Positions 55,830 through 64,000 of a stretch of 64,000 nucleotides of DNA are shown here, in pieces. The number at the start of each line of letters is the position of its first letter. Positions within the stretch are counted from its first letter, which is position 1. The stretch covers positions 5,208,001-5,272,000 of the forward strand of contig CM102283.1 of assembly GCA_046563655.1 (NCBI GenBank), given 5' to 3'. Both the position numbers and the translations under genes were made by a program. Under the pieces are notes generated by a model, which made no database searches, was not told the origin of the DNA, and saw only the letters and a program-made list of their open reading frames with translations. Origin of the DNA: Yuukianura sp. NJ FZ-2021. Lineage: Eukaryota.

Positions 55830-56643
55830 GGGAGCACACCATTTCATCGAATGGATTACAACGAAGTGAATTACCCCAAATGAATTTCCCCGAAACCAAT
55901 TACAACGAAAGTTGAATTACCCCGAAGCGAATTACAACAAAAGTCCAATTACAACGAAATTTGAATTACAACGAAACTCCAATTACAACGAAAATCCAAT
56001 TACACCGAAAGTTGAATTACAACGAAAGTCCAATTACAACGAAAGTTGAATTACACCGAAAGTCAAATCGAAGCATGCCATTACATCGACAAAAAAAATC
56101 GAAAATAAAATACATCGACACAAAAGACGTCGACAGAAATTGGCTTTTTTTATACCCGGAAATGAAAATTGGCATTTTGTTTTCAAGATTTTGGCGAAAA
56201 AAAATTTGTCTGGCTATACTGGCACAGTTAGACATACTGATCACGTGTAGCAAGCTTCGCATACGGTACCGCGCCCAATGCGCGGCGTTAGGTTTGGTAA
56301 AGCACGCCAAAGTAACTTACCCCTGTAGGTTCTATTATCTAACGAGTAAGTCTTACTCATTAAATTTTCAGAATTTCAAAAAGGTTTACCTTACTTAGGT
56401 TATGTAACCTTCTTGCTTATTTAATTATATGGCTCATGTCGTCTGTGTCGATGTAATGACGCGCTTCGATTATGGACTTTCGGCATAATTCAACTTTCGG
56501 TGTAATCGGACTTTCGTTGTAATTCAACTTTCGTTGTAATTGGACTTTCGGGGTAATTGGACTTTCGTTGTAATTCGCTTCGGGGAAATTCATTCGGTGT
56601 AATTCACTTCGTTGTAATTCATTCGTTGAAATGGCATGGAACC
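55830..56643. mobile_element. Non-autonomous Mutator/foldback-like element (814 bp) with long modular TIRs
   Basis: 9-bp target-site duplication gtcacaatc at 55821-55829 and 56644-56652, with GG...CC termini. Imperfect TIRs of ~200-260 bp are built from ~19-bp subrepeats (aattacaacgaaagttg/tcc). No transposase. Confidence 0.9.
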
Positions 56644-57056
56644 GTCACAATCAGGTTTACCATATCAGGTCTGTCAATTGAGATTGTCGATTGAGACAAA
56701 AAAAGTGGATTCGCGACAAGTTTTCCTTAAGTATTTCTATTTAATTGATCAAGTATGGCGTTAGCTGAAACTCCATGCAAACAACCCGAGGAAGAACACC
56801 ATGGGTGTGGCTTGCGACTTACATACTTCTATGTGCAAAAAAAAAGTCGTTTCCGAATGTCGCAGACGTGGTTTAAAGAGTCTGCACGTTGCCCTTCACA
56901 TGAAAGGAGCTTTCCAATTTGCAACAATTAAATAAATTAAACACTACAAGAAGAATCCAGGTCCATTCCATCACTGACAAGGGAACGACATTTTTATTCT
57001 CGAAGAAGTGTAAAGATTTTAAATTTTTTCAAAAATAAAAATACAGAATTTGAAAA

Positions 57057-59154
57057 ATGGAGCCACGGGAAGTTCACAAACGAGAAATAGCTGCGGAGGA
57101 GGCTACGCTTCAACGTCTCTTACGGAAATCTGGAGCAACGTCACTAAACTCTGCAGAATTTGCAGATTTTATGGACAAGAGCGATCCACTTGCAAAATTT
57201 AGATCAAACTTTGCATTTCCGAAAGTTAAAAATATTTCGCAGAAAATCCTAGGTTAACTATTACAACTGTTTCCTTAACCGTTGATTTAACTATAAAGCT
57301 CACTACTAAATAACTATAAACCTAATTTGCTTGTCCCTATTAATTAGTTAACTTTTTACTACAGATCCAAAAGATGGTGAAAGAGATTGCCTCTATTTCA
57401 CTGGAAATTCACTAGGGCTACAATGCAAACAGTCACGTGAAATGGTGGAGTGTGCGCTCCAAGACTGGGCTGAAATGTAAGTTGTGTTCAATTCTGCATT
57501 TCCAAAAATATTACACTTAAAAAAACCAATGTTGTCGTTTTTAAGTGCTGTAGAGGGATGGTTCCAAAGCAAAAATTGCAACTTGCCATGGACTGAATTA
57601 GAAAATCTAGAACATCCTGAGACAAAGATGGAGAACGTTTTAGCCAAAATAGTTGGAGCCAAACCCATAGAAGTTTGCGTCGGTGCTACACTAACACAAA
57701 ATTTAAATTCGCTCATGCTCAGTTTCTACACACCTACTCCGTTGCGTCACAAAATTTTAATAGAAGCTAACGCATTTCCATCGGATCGGTATGCCGTTGA
57801 AGCTCAAATTTTGTTGCATGGTTTGAAGCCTACTGAGAGTCTTATTCTACTGAATCCACGGCAAGGCGAAAATTGCCTCCGAACGGAAGATATTTTGAAC
57901 ACGATAGAAGAAAATGGAAATGAAATTGCAATAATTTTGCTACCCGGAATCCAGTATTATACTGGACAGTTTTTTCAAATGAAGCAAATTACTGAAATGG
58001 GTCACTCGAAGGTATGGAATGTCAAGATTTTTTTAAGCAAGTTTTTAAATTAACAAGTCGGTCTTCAAAAGCTGTAACTGCTTTTGCTTGAAATTTTGAA
58101 AAATGTATTGGGATTTTGGTTGGAGTAAGGTTTAACGCTCGGCAATGCAGCCGAAATGTGTAAGCCACTTTGCGAGTACAATGAATCGCTACGTTATGCT
58201 GCTGCTTCTGTTGCCACTATATGTTAGGTTAGGTTAGAGCGGCAACAAATGTTACCACCGAGGTGTAGCCGCCTATTGTAGCCACCAAAGATGACCGGAA
58301 TGGCAACACCGTGCAGCTACAATATGTCAATCGTTAAACCTTACCTGAACAAGAATTTTTGTTTGAACAGGGTTGTATTGTTGGCTGGGACTTGGCACAT
58401 GCGGCTGGAAATGTTCCATTGAATCTGCATGATTGGAATGTAGATTTCGCAGTGATGTGTTCTTATAAGTACTTGAATGCAGGACCCGGTGGAATAGGAT
58501 GTCTCTTTGTACATGAAAAACATGCGCTTAAAAATTTCGAAGGGCGACGCCTTGCTGGGTGGTGGTCATTGGACGTAAAAGAGAGATTCAAAATGCAGGA
58601 CGGTAATGTCTCAATATATTCCTTTTTTTTAGCGTTTAATTTTACATTTATACACTTTCGATATATTTTTATATTTACCTTGTTTATGTGTTTAACTTTA
58701 ATATAATTTTCTAGCGTTTCTACCAAGACCTGGAGCGAAGGGTTTTGTTCAGTCGACAGTTGACATTCTGTCGCTAAGCTCATTTATAGGCTCTCTCCAA
58801 CTATTTTCCCAAACTAGTATGGCTGAACTACGCTCAAAATCTGTCTTGCTAACAAACTACTTCGAACATCTTCTAAAATCTGAAATTAGTGAATCCAGCA
58901 TATCAATCATGACACCATCAGATCCAGACCATCGTGGTGCTCAGCTATCTCTGATTATTCATAGTCCACCATTGGAATCTGTTTACATGGAACTTATTAA
59001 TCGCGGAGTAGTTTGTGATAAGAGAAATCCATCGTGCTTAAGAGTTGCTCCTGTTCCCATGTACAACACTTTTGAAGATGTGCGTTGCTTTGTTCAAATT
59101 CTAAAAAATATTTTAGAAGGAAATGGTACACAAACACAGCTTGCGCAGAATTGA
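57057..59154 (+). CDS. KYNU: Kynureninase (PLP-dependent), 5 exons
   Basis: Exons 57057-57252, 57365-57476, 57546-58011, 58371-58602 and 58715-59154 join in frame with GT-AG borders. Motifs [73 protein letters not shown] (PLP lysine), [21 protein letters not shown]. Confidence 0.96.
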
Positions 59155-59340
59155 ATTAAGGCCAAACACTAAATTCATTATGCAAAAGGGAATAATTTAG
59201 CAAAAAAAAAGAAAAGTGTAATTTTTCTGAAACTGAGTCTGTTATGTTTCAATTTACTTTATACTGTTAAGTTTTAAATTTTTATTAAATCCATAGTGAA
59301 ATGGTGACACAAATTGGTTGAAATGTCGTGTTCGTTTTCG

Positions 59341-60531
59341 TCATAGGCGGCCAATACTGGTAATATTCTCAGCCCGCAGTTTAAAAAAAAACTTTGAGTC
59401 CATGTTTAGGCTTATCATTGGAAAAATCTGTCTCCTTTCAAGGTTGTCCATATCTTTGCAAGAGAAATTTCGCAAGTCGCTGTAAGTGACATCAGAGTAC
59501 AAAAATGTCGTCCCATTTTGTGAAACTGAATTAAATTCTGTCTCCATGTTCAGTTTGGAATAGGCCAAAACCTTGTCTGTTGCCTAAATAAAAGTGCGAC
59601 AATGAACAACCACTTTTCCAGATTTTTTCTCAAGCCGGAAAACCGGTTAAAAGAAATGAGGAAAGCGTGAATCTGCGAAAAACGCGTGGTTAGCTCATGA
59701 AGAGTTTATCCTATTTCAAATGTCAATTGATTCCTGCATTCCATATACCCCAGCATTGAATGACACGAGGGCACATTAGTTGCTTGCAACCTACTTTATT
59801 TTGTAGCGTAGATCTCATCAGCGAAAGTTAAAGTCTCCATATTTTAAGAGACTAATATTTTTAACGACATTTATTTAACGACTATACACATGTCAGTGTA
59901 TTAAATAGCTGGAAGACATAAAGCATGCAAAAGGCCATAAACTTGTTAGTGTATCCAATGCAACGCTGACTTTTGCTTATTTTTTATTTTGTGCTATTTT
60001 TACGACTAACCTTTTGTCGCGGGGCCTTGAAGCAGGGCTATTCCCTGATAAAATATTACATTTGCTTTTTTAGCTACAGCCTGATTCCCTAGTGTTAAAA
60101 ATGGTGAGTGTTGAGTCGTATATAGTATATAATAATTTGGAGCTTATCAATTCTTTTAGAATAGTATAAGTAGTGTAATAATTTTTTCACTCTCTCGGGA
60201 ATAGTACCTTTTTGTTTTTTTGTAAATGCTTGTTATCATTTCTACTTATTTTAGTTTCCCAATTTACGAAGCCGAAGTGTACTACTTAACTGAGTGAGTG
60301 CTTGGCACTTTTGCATCTTTTGTAATGCCAATTGGGGGAACCCTAAAAGTGGAATGAGTAGCTAATTTGTTCTTTTGAGTCTTTGAAGAGTTCTAGGATG
60401 GAACTTTCTTCCTTTGAGGCTGGAAAGAATTTGTGTGCTAAGTGTTTTAGCTTCTTGCAGAGTCTTTGGGCTGATCGGCTAATTTGATTGGGACTCTCAG
60501 TTGTGTTAGGCATTTTTGCAGAATGAGACAT
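59341..60531 (-). CDS. Possible exons of an unrecognised gene convergent with KYNU
   Basis: Two minus-strand ORF segments (60531-60343 and ~59583-59341), each preceded by an acceptor-like site (ctgtag, tatttag), with minus-strand AATAAA near 59282. No recognisable domain and no consistent splice model built. Confidence 0.2.
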
Positions 60532-61834
60532 AGGGTGTCATTGTCCTCTGCTCTACAGCAAATGACTAGTCTATATGACAAGACGTGCATTCCTTCCTCC
60601 GTCACCACCATTTTGGAATTTAAATGAGGATTTTTTGCACGAATTTATTTGCAGGTTTGGGGTATTAAAGGATAGACTCATTAAAAAAAATATTTCGTAA
60701 TTTAGTATTTTCGTTGAACTTTTTGTCGCAGAGAGTCTCATAGAGGGTTTCTGATTTAAAATATTTATCAAACTCAAGTTTCTCAAAACTGCAAAAAAAA
60801 AGAAGAAAAAAAACTGAAAAAGAAACTTGTTATTTTCATGCATGAGGTATTTGTGAATTTGAATTTGTCAATGAGGAATTTGGTCAATGAGGAAAGTCAA
60901 ACAATAAAAAATCGGAAGGGCAGCAATGGTAAAATTTTCAAGGTGTGTCAACAGTTTATTTCCAAAAGCGGAATTCCTAAGTGAAATACGGGAACTACAA
61001 CTTAGGAATAGTAATTAGAACTGGATTGGCGTTGCATTGGTTAGAGCAGTTACCTTAACGTAATTCGTTAAAATAAGACAAACATTGGGTTGGAGACGAC
61101 GCTGAACGTTTGGAATGGACATTAAATGCATCTTTGGATGAGTGATGTTGACTTCCATATAAAAGTGAGGAGAAATAAGCCCGTTTCACCCACTCCTTCC
61201 CTTTTCTCTTTCTTTCACTCGTTTGAATTTCTTGTGGTGGAGTAACACGGCAACTTGTCTGAGTCTCACTAAAACTGTCAAGTTAACTCGAGAAAATGTA
61301 TCCCAGAAACAGTACATGTTTCCATTTGACTCTTTTGGCGTTGTGATTTTGTGATTGTGAATGTGATTGAAATTTTAAGGCTAAATCTAGTTAAAAATGG
61401 AAAACACTCCATGGATACCGTCGATAAAAAAGAGACGCACTCCAGAAATACCCTCGTTCCTCTCTCGACTATTTTTCTGGTAAATATCGTTTTATGCATA
61501 AGTAGTCATTGTGTTTTCTTGGGTTTTGTCAAAATTTAAACCTAAAATTCGAGGCATTTTGGCAGCGACAAGGAATGTTTTTTTTTTTCAACAGGTTGTC
61601 CGTTTAGTCTCAACTAGCCCAAATCTAGCAAATTGTTTTTCAACTTTTGTTTACATTTGTCTCCACTTAATGCAGCGTGATTTAAATCTGGCGAATTATA
61701 ACAGTAAAATTAACTACCAAGCCATAACGATACTATAGTGTAGTAAACGGCGCCTAGAGTGACATGGTGTACATAAAGTCTGTTTGTCACGATAAAGTCA
61801 ATAACGTTTGTAACGGTCATTTCTCATATTAACA

Positions 61835-61866
61835 GAAGTGATTCCGGTATCAACCGGAATCACTTC
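61835..61866. other. Perfect 14-bp inverted repeat (hairpin), possibly within a decayed repeat element
   Basis: gaagtgattccggt-atca-accggaatcacttc. Confidence 0.7.
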
Positions 61867-62900
61867 CACCTTGCGCATGCTTGGGTCACTATGTAGGTGT
61901 TCAACGGTGAAAACTGCTCCCGGAAATGTTTAGCGGTTTCCTAGATAATTGCTGCCAACCGCGAGAGACCAATTGCCAAACCAATAGCAGCTTATTACTA
62001 CTTAATTAGTAACAATTTTCTGCGGTTAACTGTATCTGTAATCTTTCTTCTAGAGGAGGAGATGAGGTCTTTCCTCCCGTAAATTTTCCTTGACAACCGA
62101 ATTTGTATTGCCTACAACTCCAGATTGTCGAATAATTCCGGGTTTCCAAAAATGTTGTTTTAAACTATTTTTTCTTCCATTTTTGTGTATGCTTTTTCCC
62201 TTATTTTTTTTTTTCAAACTCTGAACACTTTAAGTCGCATAGGAATTTAAGAAATTGAGAAAAAAGGCAAAAATTGCCAAAGAAATGGAGGTGAAGTAAA
62301 ACCGGTTTCGTTTTTGAAAATTTTGACAAAAAGTTGAAAGAACCCACGAGGGCAACTTGGTACATGTAGCTTTCGTTGTCTCTTTCTGACAGTTCGTGCA
62401 TGCTTGCTTACCCTACGGGGTTTAGCATCCTCTATACTAAAATTAGTACCCGAGAAAAATACTTATATTAGTTTCCCAGACTTAAAGTTAGTAGCAATAA
62501 ATTTGACAATTTTTCAGCTACTTTTCCATGTATTTTGAACACTAGTAGGTACAACTTGCGGTAGCCGAGGTACAAAGAAGGTTAAGTTAGGGTTATGGGC
62601 ACAAATCTTGGTATCTAAATTTTGTGGCAAAACTAAATTCAAATGTCGTATTGTAGCATATTTTGTCGTGGCAAATTGTCATGTCAATTGAAATATACCT
62701 ACTTAATACCTACCCGGTATTAAAAACTGAACACAAAACAAATTTTTCCACAGCAAGCTTCATAAGATTTTGATGAAGGGTGCAAGCGACTGATTGTCTC
62801 AGTTAGTTGCTCTCTCCTGCCGTGGATGCTAGAATTCCACTAGCTTCCAGGGTGCAAGGTTCAACGACTGCGTGTGGCTCCTAATTTGAAAGAGTATATG

Positions 62901-63939
62901 TTATTATAATAGCGAAGCTATTATGATAAAAGTGGTTTGTCTGTCTGTCCGTCTGTCTGTCCGTCTGTCTGTCTGTCCGTCTGTCCGGATAAATTATCTC
63001 AGAAACTACTGGTCCGATTTGATTCCGGTTTTCACCAGTGACCATGCCATGACCCGGGCTTGGTCACTATTGAATATGACCCCCGGGTGTCAACTCCTTC
63101 CGGGTCAAAGGTCAAGGTCAACCGGTTTTATACCTGGTAACCCGGAAAATGACCTCTACAAAAGTTGTTCCTCTCATCGAGGGGAACAACTTTTGTGTGT
63201 AATGTGTGACCCTAGGTCACCTGCTTCCGGGTCAAAATGGATTTCAAAGGTCAGTTGTAATGCAAGTGTGGGTAAAAAAAACTCTGCTTGTGAGACAGGA
63301 AAGGCAATTGGCATGGGGCTTGGTTCTCTGCTTAGCAAAAAATCTATTACGCAGTTGACATATACACTTTACACACTCGTGCACTGTGTCCACCGGGTGT
63401 CACCTGTCACTTGCCAGGTGTCACCTGTCACCTGTTACTTGCCGGGTGTCACCTGTCACCTGTTACTTGCCGGGTGTCACCTGTCACCTGTTAATTGCCG
63501 GGTGTCACCTGTCACTTGCCGGGTGTCACCTGTCACGTGCCGCGTGTCACCTGTCACACTCACGTGTCACTTGCCGCGTGTCACCTGTCACCCTCACGTG
63601 TCACTTGCCGGGTGTCACCTGTCAAGCCTCAGCTGTCACGTCTCACCTGTCACCTGTCACGTCTCAGCTGTCACATCTCACCTGTCAACACCCCCTGGGG
63701 GGGGGGGCGGGAAAGTGGGGGGAACACACCCCCACGCCTCCTGGGATGCGGAGCAAAAGAAGCGGGAAAACACAACCCCAACTCCCCTGGCGGGGCGGGA
63801 AAGTTGGGGGAACACACCCCCGCTCACTCTTGGAGGAGGGGGTTCAGGTTAAATCACACAGAAGGGGGCTTCAGTGTGATTTACAAAACTTCCCTATTCT
63901 TCGCTATTATCATTATGGGCGGTTTACAACCGGTTTATT
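62901..63939 (+). mobile_element. DINE-1/HINE-type non-autonomous Helentron (rolling-circle) element
   Basis: 5' subterminal repeat ataatagcgaag (62906-62917) forming a local palindrome ataatagcgaagctattat. (GTCT/GTCC)n microsatellite at ~62939-62986. Central tandem repeats based on tgtcacc. 3' subterminal inverted copy cttcgctattat (63899-63910). 3' stem-loop cggtt-tac-aaccg (63920-63932). T-rich ends. This is the canonical DINE-1/HINE layout. Confidence 0.85.
63385..63690. repeat. Central minisatellite of the HINE element (ccgggtgtcacctgtcac... variants), followed by two G-rich units
   Basis: Many copies of tgtcacc/tgtcac in ~20-27-bp units; ggggcgggaaagt-ggggggaacacacccc occurs twice at ~63705-63820. 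Confidence 0.9.
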
Positions 63940-64000
63940 GAATTCTGCACTACGTCCATTGTTTCATTGAGAGTGTTAGGTTTGGTGAGAGCAGGGTGTG

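Noticed and set aside
55961..56398. 145-aa and 97-aa ORFs
   Set aside because: They lie in the MITE's subrepeat TIR; not transposase-like.
58224..58238. TTAGG telomere-like repeats
   Set aside because: Only 2-3 units inside an intron; such motifs are common in arthropod repeats and this is not a telomere.
62930..62940. 11-bp match aagtggtttgt between the HINE 5' end and the satellite 23-bp insert
   Set aside because: Too short and not extendable; compatible with chance.
62923..63970. 309-, 194- and 148-aa ORFs
   Set aside because: Translations of the microsatellite and stop-free tandem repeats of the HINE element; no protein domain.

Overview
Eukaryotic genomic DNA from a compact, short-intron invertebrate genome (arthropod-like; species not identifiable from sequence alone). 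Bases 1-36597 are a homogeneous tandem satellite array of roughly 185-190 head-to-tail monomers in ~182, ~201 and ~205 bp classes, with shifting local higher-order repeats and kb-scale duplications. It ends abruptly ~510 bp before a gene-dense region. That region holds RPB10/POLR2L (+), an orphan spliced transmembrane/coiled-coil gene candidate (+), PRRC2/nocte-like (-), syntaxin-7/12-like (-), a three-repeat Myb (-), kynureninase (+) and several non-autonomous DNA transposons (Mutator/foldback-like MITE with 9-bp TSD, small intronic MITEs, a DINE-1/Helentron-type element). The best leads are: (i) a kynureninase with Trp/Thr at the two residues that separate kynurenine- from 3-hydroxykynurenine-preferring enzymes; (ii) an out-of-frame uORF overlapping the start of PRRC2, itself a leaky-scanning factor; (iii) satellite variants that repeatedly perfect internal quasi-palindromes; (iv) a decayed copy of the RPB10 3' end behind the orphan gene. 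No CRISPR, rRNA or tRNA was seen. Gene models were spliced by eye and no database search was run.
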